Assembly (NCBI RefSeq): GCF_009914755.1
Contig: NC_060929.1
Origin: the human T2T-CHM13v2.0 reference genome, Homo sapiens
Direction: 5' to 3' (one strand)
Length of the DNA stretch: 64,000 nucleotides
The number at the start of each line of letters is the position of its first letter. Position 1 is the first letter of the stretch. This document shows positions 50,433 through 64,000 of the stretch, one piece after another. The notes below the pieces were generated by a model. That model saw only the letters and a program-made list of their open reading frames with translations, was not told the DNA's origin and ran no database searches. Made by a program: the position numbers and the translations under genes.

Positions 50433-51041
50433 TGGATTTTTTTTAAGGAGGTAAAATTCACATAGTAATTCACCATTTTTACAAGTATAAAGTGTGTAAC
50501 TCAGTAACTTCCAGGACATTCATGATGTACAACTATCACTACTAGTTCCAGAACAGTTTCATCATCCCCAAAAATAAATGCCAGACCCATTAGTCACCCC
50601 CATTTCTACTTCCTCCTAGTCCCTGGCAACCACCAGTGTGCTTTGTGTCTCAATGGATTTGCCTACTGTGGACATATCATATAAATGGATATGTGGCTTT
50701 TTGTGTTTGGTTTCCTTCACTTAGCATGTTTTCAAGGTTTGTTCATTGCCTGGAATTATTCAGATATTCATTTTTATATAAACCCCTGTGTCTTTTTGAC
50801 TTTCCAAGTGCACTTCGTCCCAGCAGGGCTTTCCTATCCGGACCCCAGAGCTTTGGTGAAATGTGTGCACACAGAGCAGGCAGGGGCACATTGACAAACT
50901 TCTGCTTGACAGTTTCTGTTTTTGCACCCTGTTAACAATGCTCTTGAGGCTCCACTATGTAGGATTATCTGTTTTTATACCTGAAAGTCTCCTTACCTCA
51001 ACTGCTATCAAAAGATTTACATCTTTCTAAGGTGCCAATTA

Positions 51042-51542
<501 letters not shown>

Positions 51543-51589
51543 CTAAGAGTAGCAAACAAGTGGGTGAACAACCTCAGCTCTACCTCATT

Positions 51590-51896
<307 letters not shown>

Positions 51897-53934
51897 CCAC
51901 CTCATTTCTTGTAGTGCCAGTATGGCATAGCAGCCTCCAGGTGTCCCCAGACTTCCAGGGGGAGCAGAGTCATGACATATAGACTCTGCAGACCTGGAAA
52001 AGATTTGCTGCAGAGTTAAAGCAAACGTAGTCTAGATGTCCAGGCCATCGTGGCAGCTGGCATGAATACATGAAGACAGCAAGGAGCAAACATCTTCACA
52101 GGATGTGAGGCACCTGGAACTCAAGGGGTATCCTGGAGAAGAGAAATGCCAGACACTGAACTGAATGAGATAATTAAGTTTTTGCTATGAAGCAGGATGG
52201 GGGCTCAAAGTAGGAATTAAGTTTAATTTAGAAAAGGCAATGTATATTTTTAGTATTTTTGAGTAAGAAGGCTGAGAAGCCTAAATTTAAAAAAAATAAA
52301 TTTTTTCCCCCACTGTAATTCACGACACTTGAGTTCATTTTCTGCTCCTGAAATAGGGAGGGCACCTCCCTCTGAAAACATTGTCAGAGAAAAGAGTCCA
52401 GGATTGAGCAGATGCTTTGAAGAGGCAGAACATTCTTAGCTTTAGGGGGCCCACCAGCTGGCCCAGGGCACAATTCCTCAGCCACAGTGCCTAGGGAAAC
52501 TGCTCTAGGCATTCGGCCTGAGGCATTGGGTTGGAAAGCAAGGGGTTAATTTAGTATTAGCTGTGTTCTGTTCCAGAACATCTCTGTAGCTCTTGCTCCT
52601 GAGCTCCAGGGCTTCCTTCCTCATCCTACTCCACCCCCTCTTTTTTCCTTCCCTCTTTCTGTTTTTTTTGAGGTGAAGTTCGCATACCATAAAATTAACC
52701 ATTTTAAAGCATATCATTCAGTGTCAGTACCTTCCCAATGTCGTGCAACCATTACTTCTATCTAGCTCCGAAACATTTTTATCACCCTCAAAGGAGACTC
52801 TGTACCCATGAGGTAGTCACTCCCAGTTCCGTCTCCCCCAGCCCCTGGCAGCCACCGATATGCATTTACCTAAACGGTATATTTCCTGTAAATGGAGTCA
52901 CAAGATGTGGCCTTGGTGCCTGGCTTCTCTCTTCATCCCTTTTGCATCCTTCAGTCCTATCTCTTCTCCCTGAAGCTTTGGAGCCCACCCAAGTAGTCCC
53001 TAGGTATTTCCAGACTCCATTTTCCAGGAATTAGGCCAGAGAAAGAAAGAAAATAAGGTCAGAGGGCTTGGCGGTGGGAATTAAATCGGCTTAGGGAAAA
53101 AGAAACCCAGCAGTTTCTGATCAGGCCCCAGCAGCTGAATTTGGTTAGGAGGCCAATTATCTGAGGCCCACGAGCTTTTAAGTACCATGGCTGGGCCTTC
53201 TGTGGCAGGCCACGTGGAAGCCGGGCTCGCCCTGGCTCTTGACTGGAAACAGATGCTGTATGCCCAGGAAGGAAAGCTGAGTTTCGAAAAAATGCAGCTC
53301 GACTGAGACTGTGGTGTGGCTGGATTTTCACAAAGCAGTATTTATAATCAGGCAGAAAATCGTGGAGAAACAGCTAAGGATCAAGTTGCCACTTAAATTC
53401 CTAACAGCTACACCTGGCCATGAGAACTGGTGAGGTTTCGGAGACACACATCATAAAGTGTGGGCCAGGTTGGGTGCTTCTCTGATTAATATCATGGCAG
53501 GGTTTTGGAACTGTAAGTAGGGGAAATTGTAGGGGGAGGAAACTGGAGGTGGGGGCTTCTCTCAAACTGTGTGTTTGGTTACAGAGATGGCTGGCAAGAC
53601 ACTGCTGGCTCTCTGATCTTTCTGGCTTCGATAATTTTTCTGTGGTGCTAACACCTACCCCCTTCAGTTCCCCAGGAGGGAGAAATATGGGTTGAAGTTA
53701 TAGAACATATTTTGGGCAGGCTCCCTCTGGACTTTGTTCATGCAGGATGGTCTTATTATTTTGATCTATGAAGGTTTGTCCAGTGGTGCGTGGTCTCTGA
53801 AAATCACACCATGCACCTGCCTCTCCTCTAATATTGTTTATGCACATTAAATTGTATAAAACTGTATGACCTTGGTTGGGCAAGTCACTTAAATTTTCAA
53901 GGCCTCAGCTTCCTCAAATGAGGACATTAGGTTC

Positions 53935-54396
53935 TGTAGTGGGTTGCATAGTGTCTCTCCCAAAATTCCTGTCCACTTACAACCTTAGAATGTGAGCTTA
54001 TTTGGAAATAAGGTCTTTGCAAATGTAATTAAGGTAAAGGAATATGAGATGAGATTGTGCTAGATTAGGCCGAATCCTAAATCCAGTGAAAGTATCCTTA
54101 TGAGATAGAAAAGGACACACAGACACACAGGGAAGAAGGTCCTGTGAAGGCGAGGTAGGCAGAGATGACAGCAATGCATCCACAAGCTAAGAATGCCAAG
54201 CATGGCCGGCAGCCGTCGGAAGAGAAGGTAGGAGGGAGGAATGAACGGTTTCCCTCTCTCAGCCTCCAGAAGGAACCAACCCTGCTGGCACCTTGACTTT
54301 TGGATCTCTGGCCTCCTGAACTGTGAGATAATAGATTTCTGTTGTTTTATGCCAGTTTGTGGTACTTTGTTATGGTAGCCCTGAGAAAGGAATACA
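53935..54396 (+). mobile_element. MLT1 (B/C-like) solo LTR
   Basis: 'tgtagtgggttg...cttatttggaaataaggtctttgca...aataca'. Confidence 0.85.
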
Positions 54397-54494
54397 GATT
54401 AGATACTGTTTCTAGGATTAATCCATTCCTCTATGGCACTTAGAGTTTTTACAAAATATATTTACTACATAAATTTATCCCTTATAAAAAATTT

Positions 54495-54792
<298 letters not shown>

Positions 54793-56147
54793 TAAAAATT
54801 TATTTCTTATAAAAAGTTCTTGCCAGCAACTTTTCTGGGGCATAGGTACATTTTATCAGGCCACCTTCCCTCCCTCCTCCTCCTTTTTATTTTTCAGATG
54901 CTCAGAGTGACATATCTAGTGACACAGCAAGTCAGTGGCAGCCCCAGGACTCCATTTCATTTGCTTTTTCTCAAGTGTAGGCGGAGGTAGAGGATATCGG
55001 TTACATTGCAGTGGCCCCTATCAGCTGAAAAGTCCTAATTGTCCACAAAGATGTATATGGACTATGCTCCTTATGGGCTAAGGCCTGCCTAGCCTATGTG
55101 ACTCACACCACTGATCTGGGCTGCCCAGACCCACAACCTCCTCTATTCTTCAGATGCGTATCTGGCAGCCTCTCCTCCACCCATGGAAAATGTAGAATAG
55201 AGATCATTGTTCTCATAACCAAAGGTGGGGCAGCCTGGCAGAGTGGAAAAGCATGTGCTTTTAGACTCAGCTGACCCACCCAGCTCTGCAGTTTGCTAGC
55301 CGTGGAACTCCAGGCAATGACCCTTTTCTCTAAGATTCAGGTTCTTCATCTGTACTATGGGGGTAACAACCCCTGCCTTGCAGAATTTTTGTGAGGAATG
55401 GGGATAAACGTGCAAAAACTCTGGCATGTCCCAGTCACTCTGTAAAAGAGAGCTGTTCCCATTATTTTCCTCCATAGTTGCGTTGGCTTTACTCCAATGC
55501 TTACACAAGGTCTGGTTTCAGTCTTCCAATTAATTAGCTCGTCAGCTTTCCTTAATCCCATGAGTTCCAGTATCTTGCACAAGATATCCTGTATGTGGGA
55601 AAGAGTTCAACAGGCATTCATCAAGGGCTTGTTATGTGCAAATCATGGTGTTGTGGTGGAAAGGACATGGCATTGGGCTTAGTCCAACCTGGTTCAAATC
55701 ACATCTCTGCCATCTCCTAGCCATGTGATTCAGGTCTTTCTCACTGCTTAAATGAGGACAACTGAACCTGCTGGCAGCTTTGCTTTGGTCTTACACAAAA
55801 GGATGTGTATAAATGTGTGATGAAGAGTATGTGCTCAATGAATGTCAGATTTTTCATCTCATTCTGTGAATTCACCTTCTCACCTGTAACTAGGCAATCT
55901 TCCACTTCTCTAATCGCTGCTCTTACATCCTATCATCCACCATCAAAAGGACATGGGAGATGAAATCATTTTTAAAACAAGGTCGCTGGAGAGGGGTCAC
56001 TCTGAGATACACTTCAAAGGTGAATGAATCCCTCTTCAGCTAGTTATATTTTATTCTAGAACTCAAAGTAGAGTTTAGCAGCTATTCTCTTTTTCCTTCT
56101 CCCTCCCTCAGTTTAGGAGAACAGATATATTTTAGGCTGGATTTAAA

Positions 56148-56790
56148 AATTTATTTTAGTTTTTTGAGACAGGGTTTTGCTCTCTGGCCCAGGCTGGAGT
56201 GCAGTGGTGTGATCATGGCTCACTGCAGCCTTGAACTCCTGGGCTGACATGATCCTCCCAAGTAGCTGGGACTACAGGTGGGCATCACCATGCCCAGCTA
56301 ATTTTTAATTGTCTTATAGAGACAGGGGCTCACCATGTTGCCCAGGCTGGTCTTGAACTCCTGGGTTCATGCAGTCCTCCCGCCTCGGCCTTTCAAGATG
56401 CTGGGATTTTAGGTATGAGCCACCATGGATGGCCTAAATTTTTAATTTCAAATGAAAATAGCATTTTGGGTCCAATGAAGAAAGTTTCAGGCCAGGTGCA
56501 GTGATTAACACTTGTAATCCCAGCATTTTGGGAGGCGGAGGCCGTGGATCACTTGAGCCCAGGAGTTTGAGACCAGCCTGAGCAATATGGCGAAACCCTG
56601 TCTCTACAAAAAATTAGCTGGGTGTGGTGGCACATGCCTGTAGTCCCAGCCACTCTGGAGGCTGAGGTGGGAGGATTGATTGAGCTAAGGAAGTGGAGGT
56701 TGCAGTGAGCTGAGATCATGCCATTGTATTCCAGCCTGGGCAACAGAGTGAGATACTGTCTCAAAAAAAGAAAAAAACAAACAACAAAAA
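56148..56790. mobile_element. Head-to-head AluJ pair (minus 56148-56434; plus 56490-56790) with a 55-bp spacer
   Basis: Both 5' ends point outward from the spacer at 56435-56489. Confidence 0.9.
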
Positions 56791-56984
56791 ATGTAAGTTT
56801 GATAGACTTATTTTCGAGAATGGTAGTAAGAAACAGTGTTTTTGTTGTTGTTGTTGCTAAAATATCTGTATTTATCGCTTATATTTATTTGCTATACTGG
56901 AGTCCACAAAGTAGATATACCAGCCTTATTATATCATATCAATATCGTATCATATTTTCTTAAAAAACTACCTATGGTGAGTAG

Positions 56985-57565
56985 TTATTGTCTTATTTTT
57001 GCTGGTCCAGGTTCTGTCCCCTCATTTCCTTGGGGAAACTCTTTCACATCCCCGACCACGTATTTCTCATGTGACACAGGCTTGTCCGATGAGTGCTGTT
57101 TATTTTTTAATTTTTTCATAGCCCATGGTTGCTACTAAAATTACTGTTTTTTGCCCCTGCTGTTTCATCCAGTGATGGACATTTGCCCCAAGGCAGGCTA
57201 ATCAGAGCCAGTGAGACTCAATTCTGGGCTATATCTCAGAAGCACTGGAGATAAGAAGCCCTCTTTCCCCTGGGCTTGAAATTAGTAGTATCTACAGCTT
57301 TCGGTCTGCAGCTGTTGGGAGTCAGTTTTCCCCTTTGCATAGGAGAGGCTTCCTGAGAATGAAGCCAAGGCAAAACAAAGCCAAGTATGCACCAGACACC
57401 CTGAGCCCTTATGACAGTGTATGAGCTCTAGGATCCAAACATCCGTGTCTGATGCAGTAGGAGCTACCCTAGGTCTTCCAATTACTTGTCTCAACATGTT
57501 CCTTTTTTGCCTTAAGTTGGTTTGAATTGCTTTGAATCTCTTGTAATCTACAGAGCCTTGATATC
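56985..57565 (+). mobile_element. Ancient MaLR LTR (MLT1K-like)
   Basis: 'ctaatcagagccagtgagactcaattctgg' and 'ccttaagttggtttgaattg...ttgtaatctacagagccttga'. Confidence 0.5.
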
Positions 57566-57751
57566 AGTCTTGCCATTCCTGTTTCCTAGATAGAGAAACT
57601 GAAGTTCACATTGACATTGCCAAAGTTAAGCAGCAGGATGCAGGGAAGGATGGGGTAAACCACCCGCCCCCTACACACTGGGCAAGTGGAGCTGGAGGAG
57701 ATGAGGCCTGCTTCCTTAGAACCTCCCTCAACCCTACTCTGAAGCCCTATA

Positions 57752-57910
57752 CTCTTGCCTCAGCCTCCCAGAGTGCTGGGATTTCAGGCATGAGCCACCG
57801 TGCCTGGCCTAAATTTAATTTTTAATTTTAAGTGAAATTAGCCTTTTGAGTCCAGTGAAGAGAGTTTCAGGCTGGGGACAGTGGCTAATGCTTGTAATCC
57901 CAGCACTTTG
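57752..57910 (+). repeat. Local duplicate of 56377-56530 (Alu head - spacer - Alu head)
   Basis: The unique spacer is recognisably copied along with both Alu 5' ends. Confidence 0.88.
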
Positions 57911-58465
57911 CTCATCTCCTGTCCCCCTGCAGGGACTGGTAAATAAGGACATTTATAGTGTAAATAAGAGCATCTCCTGTCCCTGAAGCACCTTACAAGG
58001 TTACTCTAAGTAGGCTAGGTTCCTCTGCCAACCAGTTAATCCTGCTGTCAGTTACTAGAGTCGATTTAGCATCCCTGGATGAATCTTGAAGTTGAGCTGC
58101 TTGTGGCTTCTGAGCCACAATATCTTCACTCCCCTTTGAACCACCATAAAGAAATCCTTAGTCCTCATATCTTGATTTGAGAACCCATTGATCTTTGCCT
58201 CCTGCCAGCACTGCAATGAAGGGTAGAGTTCAGGAAATAGAAGCATAGCATTTTTATTTATCCTGTTCTCTATTTCTCTGTCAGCAGCAGGTCCAAAGGT
58301 GAGTGTCACATGCTCTGCCATACTTTATGTTGCCTGAGCATATTAAATCCAGGATCCACTGCTCTGTGTCCATTTTCAGCGACCAAGTGGTAAGAACAAA
58401 GAATGGCAGGAAGGATCATGGTGGTCCCCCATTGCCAGAAATGTCTTGGTCTTAGTTTCCCATCA

Positions 58466-58782
<317 letters not shown>

Positions 58783-58949
58783 ACCAATGGTATTCTAAAT
58801 ACAGGTATAGACCACCAGCCTGCCGTGTATTCCAACCAAGGCATCCTGAGAAGTTCACTATTTGTTGCCTATTTAGCACTCCAACCTGCTTCTTTCCTTG
58901 TGAGTGATTCCACCCAGGTATTTCAGGGAAAGGTCTGATTTGGCTAAGC

Positions 58950-59170
58950 CAGGGTTTCTCAATCTTAGCACTATGAACATCTTGGGCAGGATAATTCTTT
59001 GTTGTCAAGGAGCTGTCCTGTATATTGTAGGATGTTTAGCAGCACCCCTGGTCTCTACCTACTAGATGCTAATAGCACCCTGTGTCCCAGTTATACAATC
59101 AAAAATATCTGCAGACACTGCCAGATGTCTCCTGGGTGGGGTCAACACCTCTCCCAGTTGAGAACCTCTG
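58950..59170. mobile_element. MER20
   Basis: 'cagggtttctcaatcttagcacta...cccagttgagaacctctg'. Confidence 0.85.
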
Positions 59171-59919
59171 CTATCGATTGATATAATAGGGAATTTGAGA
59201 TAGAGGGATACACATCTAGGTCCCAAACCTGGGAGGAGGGGCTCCTGGCATAAACATGGGAGATGGACACTGTAGGTTTCTTGGCAGTAGCTCCTCCTGG
59301 CAGGAAAATCCAGGCTGTCTGACATGGTGTGTGTCAGTGCAGAATCCACTCCCTACCTATTTCAGATAAATGCACACTAAAATGTATAAAACTATACAAG
59401 GGCATCTTTGCTGGAGGCTTAGGGCCCCCAGTCAGTGTGACCTTGTCTTGCTCAGGGAGACCTGGGGGAAGAAGGAACAACCGGCTGGGGGCCACAGAGT
59501 CTAGCCCCTTTTTTAGCACCTGGTGCATCTGCTGCCCACTAGTGTCTTGCTCTCAGAGGGGTCTCCACAGGGCAGATGGAAGGCCATCTGCCAGGGAAGT
59601 GAGGATGACCTCCAGCCAGCCAGTGGCAGCCTCCAGACCCTTAGCAATCCTCCTTCTAAAAGTGCATAGCCCCTTGAGGATGCCCCAGGGCTGAGAGGCT
59701 GAGAGCCCTGCTTGCCCCTCCCCTCCCTCTCATGCTGTCTTGCCCAGGCCATCCTCTCTGGCTTCCTAAGTTGCTCGGGCTGCCTGCCTCCCTCGGATGA
59801 CACCCACACAAAGCAAATATCTAGTGAGTACCGCAGGGCCAGGTTACTTCCCCTTCCATTTCTTGGTATTTGCCCCACCCCATGTCCCAATTCCTTAGGG
59901 AGGCCTTCTTGACCTCACT

Positions 59920-60140
59920 GCATGAAGCACCCACCCAGCTATTCTGGAGTGTCTCCTCTTCTTTATTTGTGGAAGTGAACTTATCACTATCGGGTGTTAT
60001 CTTTATTTGTTGATTGGCACAAACCCCCTCAGTTAAACTCCAGGAGAACAAGGACTTGGTCTTGATCATCTTTGGAGTCCTCAAAGCGTAGAACAGTACC
60101 TGGCACATAGTAGATGCTCAATAAATACTTGTTGAAGGAA
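59920..60140. mobile_element. L2 3' end relic (others at about 545-880 and 62390-62700)
   Basis: 'cagtacctggcacatagtagatgctcaataaatacttgttgaa'. Confidence 0.8.
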
Positions 60141-60466
60141 CTGATAAAGGAGAAATTTAATTAGGCATTGGAGTCCTATAAGGAGGAATATTCCTTCACA
60201 TATCAGTAGGGTGTTCTCTTCCTCTGAACTGTAGTGGCTTTCTTCCCCATGACCCTTGGCACCTTCTGTGGCCATAGGGACCACATCCCCTGCTGACCCT
60301 AAGCTGTGTGTTGGGTCGTCTCTTCAATGGTTCTGGTGAACTCTGGATCCATTTTTCTTACTTCATGATCCAAGAAACTGATTCTTTGATCTAATTCCAC
60401 ACCAGACTTTCCCCAGACCCCATGAATGCAGTCATCTTTGTTCCAGGGGGTTTGAAAATCAGGGGT

Positions 60467-60607
60467 AAAAATAAAGCAGACACCGTGGAGCAGGGCTGAG
60501 TTATGGTAGTCATGAGAGCATCTGATAGCTCCTCTGTGACTCATCCATTTATTTTAATGACATCTGAATATGACAGTATATTGAAAAAAGAATGCATGTT
60601 ATTTATT
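60467..60607 (-). terminator. Candidate minus-strand cleavage/polyadenylation site
   Basis: AATAAA on the minus strand at 60548-60553 and 60602-60607, A/T-rich upstream context, and a GU/U-rich element GGTGTCTGCTTTATTTTT downstream (60467-60484); not in a repeat. Confidence 0.55.
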
Positions 60608-63600
60608 CCATACTGGGGAAGTGCCACTATAACATTGTTTTAAAAAATCTTCAAAAATTTCCTATTAGAACCTATCATTGAATTAGAAAAGCAAGCTTTG
60701 CCAAATGCCTGATTATGCCTTTACTGGTCCTGCTAGCTGGCATGTTTCACCAACTTTTCCCTAGTGTTTCCTTTGGCACTGTTGAGCCCACACTACAAAA
60801 CATGAACAAGTCCCACAAAACCACACTATGCCCTCTGCTTCCCCATCATGTGGGGACCATCTGCCTGGACATCCACTGTGGGGTAGCAGGAAGAACTTTG
60901 GCCTGGGTGGACACATGGGGTTAATTATCTGTGTGTCTTTGGTCTATGATCACCGCATTCTTCCATTTGTTCGACCCTCAGTTTTCCTGCCTACCAGTAA
61001 TGCCCTATGACTCCTCCAGCTCTGGTATCTGGGATCTTGAGTCTGAGGGGCAGGTCACTTGTTGCTATGGGCTTCTGCTCCCAGCAAAGGCAGTGGGTGA
61101 CTGCTTGACTTTAGGGTTCAGTCTGGCAATAGCTTTGTTTCTGGTGAAGGGAAAGGTTAGATCATCCTGGTCCTGGCCTTTCCTGAAGGTCACCCTGGGG
61201 CTCTTTTCCCCCACCTTTTTTTTCCCTCTGAGCTTGGGAGTTATCCCTCTTCTTGCCCTTCTTCTCATCTTTTTGAAGCATCAGACTTGAGTTCCTTGCT
61301 ATGAGATTGAAAAGGCAAAACTGTCTTCTAACAAGGGCCTTTTGGCATGTCCATAACAGCAACAACAACAGTAATAATAACAACAGCATCTTACATTTAA
61401 GGTTTTTAGTTTACACTTTACAAAGAACTTTTAAATACATAATCTCATCGGCCATCGTACGGCCCCTTGGCTGAGTTGAAGAGAACTTCTTTTCCCTTTC
61501 CTGAATCCTGCTCAGGGGGGACACAGCTTGAGCGGCCTCTTCTGCCCACGTACATTGCCACACAAACACTGAACCACACTTTTTCAGGAGCAAATTAACT
61601 GAACTCTTCCTGCCTCATGGAATGTCCTGTTTCTAGAATGTGACTGCTCAAGGAGAGAGCGTTTTAATCATCATTTGTTAGAGGAGCCTCATTTCGGGGA
61701 GAATTTTCTTAATGGTCCTTGCATTTGGCATTTCTTAAAGTCAGGGCTTCCAAACTTGAGGGAGAAGGCTCAAAATTATAAGGGACAGACCTGGCCCTTT
61801 TGCTGTCTTGGTTGATGGGGGCTGGATTCAGGATTGGGCCCAGGGTGATGAGCAGAGGGAGGTCTCAGGTTCCTTGGGGAGGCAGAGGGAAAGCTGGCAG
61901 CCTGGTGACTCCTCCCAGGAAGCCAGTGACCCTCGGTGGGGCTCTTGAGATGGCAGGCTGAGTAGGCTCTGGGCTGGGTGGGGAGAGGCTAGCAGGGGCA
62001 TTGGTGGTGGGATAAGGCTCAGATCCACCTGCCTAGGGGGAGAGGGGGGATGGGGCAATGGAGGTGGGGATGGGGAAATGGAGGTTGGGAAGGGTGTTGG
62101 GCAGATCCCAGGATCCTCTTCAAGAGCAGAGCTTCTAAGCTACCATAGACATTTGTGATCCATCTGGCCGGCAGTGTTTTCTAGCCACAGAGTAAACCAC
62201 AGGGAGCTCTCAAGTCCATTTTGGGTGACAGCTCTGTCTCCTCTTTCAGGCCTTTATGCTGCCACAGCTCTCTTCCTAAACCAGAGCTTGTCTTGCTCTT
62301 CCCTTCCTCAAACAACCCTGCTGGCACCTGTGGCCCAGTTTAGCATGCACAGCTCTTTGTGGTCAAAACCCTACCTTCCTACCTACCCCATTTCTCTCTG
62401 CTCCTCAGTGTGCTTCCCATACTCTTGCCACCCTAGATTTTGACTCTTCCCCAAACAAGCCAGGCCTGGCCATATCTCATTGCTTTTTAAAAGGCCACTC
62501 CCAGGAAAGTTCAATTCCCTTTCTCACTCTGGCAAACTCCTATTCATCCTTAAAGACCTAGGACTAGAAGTTCCCTCCTCTGGACAGCCACTTCCATTGC
62601 TTGTATTGCCACTTAAGAGCTCCTTGTGTAATAAGGCAATTGTCCATTTTTATGACTGTTTTTGTCACAGGCTGTAGGATCCTCAAAGGCAGGATGTGTT
62701 TCTTTCCCATGAGAAGCAGGATGGTTTAGTGGTTGAGTGAGCAAGTTCTGGAGTCAGACAGCCTGGGCCCAGATCCTGGCTCTACGGTTTATTAGACATT
62801 TACTCTTGGGCAAGTTCTTTAACTTCTCTGTGTCTCAGTCTACTCAACTGTAAAATGAGTTAATAGTGTTTTAACTACATGGTTGTTTCAATAATTAAAT
62901 GAATATATATCTATTTCACAATTAGAGTGGTATCTGATGTATAATAAAGTACTAAATAAATCTGCTATTATAATAATGTTTGAAACAGGCTGAGCATAGT
63001 GGCTCACACCTGTAATCCCAGCATTTTGGGAGACTGAGGCAGGAAGATGGCTTGAGCCTAGGAGGTTGAGGCTGCGGTGAGCTATGATCGAACCACTCTA
63101 CTCCAGCCTGGGTGACAAAGCAAGACCTTGTCTCTAATGACAACAAAAAACAAAGCCATCATAAGGCACAGTACCTGGAACATAATGGAGATTTACATGC
63201 ACATTTTTAGATAAATTCCTCAGCTATATCCCTCTCTCCCTTCTCTTCATCCCCTCCATCCCTTCCTTCTTTCCTTCCTTCTTCTTCCAGTTGCCTCGTT
63301 TTCCTCCATCTTCCTTTCTTTTCTTTCTCCCTTCATTATTCCCTGCGTCTTTGGCCCACCATTGGTACTCACAGATCAACTAGGCTCCTCTAGGGAACCT
63401 GAGGGCTGAAAGGTCCAATGAATTCCAAACTCTTCTCCCTGAAACTCCTACAGTGGAAGCTCCTGGGGGAAGGAGGGATGGATGATAAGAGCCAGGGAGT
63501 TGGTGTGAACAGCTGAGCCCTGGAAGATATGTGGCTAACCTGATGGGGTGGAAGGGGGCAAATGGGAGTGAGGGAGGGAGAGACATGGAAAGAAACAGGG

Positions 63601-64000
63601 GCAGGGAAGTCCCCTTCAGGAATGGAGGCAGAGGCTGGATAGGCTGCCCTTGGTCACTTTCCCTAGATGCATAAGCCCTGGTCTCCAGAATCTTTCCAGA
63701 TACTGCGGAGGGAGAAGGAGTGAGCAAGGCAGAACAAGAGCAGGAAAAAACATCATATTATTTCCTTTTCCGGCAGGGCTGCTCTGATGGATTTAAGCCG
63801 CCTGAATCACCTGTGCTCACCCATTCTAGAGGAAGAATCTCAAGCTTTGGGTCTGGACTTCTGGTCTGGCTCCTCCACTTATCTGGTGTGTGGCTTAAGG
63901 CAAGTTCCAGAGCCTGTGAGGGCCTAAACTTCCTTCTTAGTGAACCCAGCTCTACTCCCTTATCCTTCCCAGGGAGGCAGGGGTTGCATAGATAAAATAA
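60520..64000 (-). other. Probable long 3'UTR of a minus-strand gene entering from the right (possibly SLIT3)
   Basis: Repeat-poor unique sequence ending at the poly(A) signals; no coding exon is visible. The gene identity rests only on recalled synteny with RPL10P9. Confidence 0.4.
62988..63155 (+). mobile_element. Alu monomer (FRAM/FAM-like)
   Basis: Single arm with A-rich tail. Confidence 0.85.

Overview
Hominoid (most likely human, since an SVA is present) repeat-dense, mostly intergenic DNA with no recognisable spliced protein-coding exon. Main contents: (1) a young, full-length RPL10 retrocopy with an intact 214-codon ORF, 5'TOP start and pure poly(A) tail (15088-15858); (2) a dead full-length L1PA (about PA4-PA5 age, 29449-35780) nested in a MER4-family solo LTR and carrying a 112-bp cis-templated insertion with a snap-back hairpin; (3) a full-length young SVA on the minus strand with a 15-bp TSD; (4) an apparently full-length Tigger3/GOLEM DNA transposon with transposase remnants and four nested insertions; (5) an ancient two-LTR MaLR provirus, several solo LTRs with intact TSDs, about 35 Alu/FLAM copies, and MIR/L2/L1M relics; (6) a minus-strand poly(A) signal near 60.55 kb. 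From memory only (unverified), this layout fits RPL10P9 and the SLIT3 3' end on human 5q. I found no new multi-gene system. The most unusual signals are local templated-copy scars (32189-32349, 57752-57910, 49914-50060, 47877-48029) and the intact autosomal-type RPL10 retro-ORF. Repeat subfamily names and the boundaries of old repeats are from recalled consensus sequences and are approximate.
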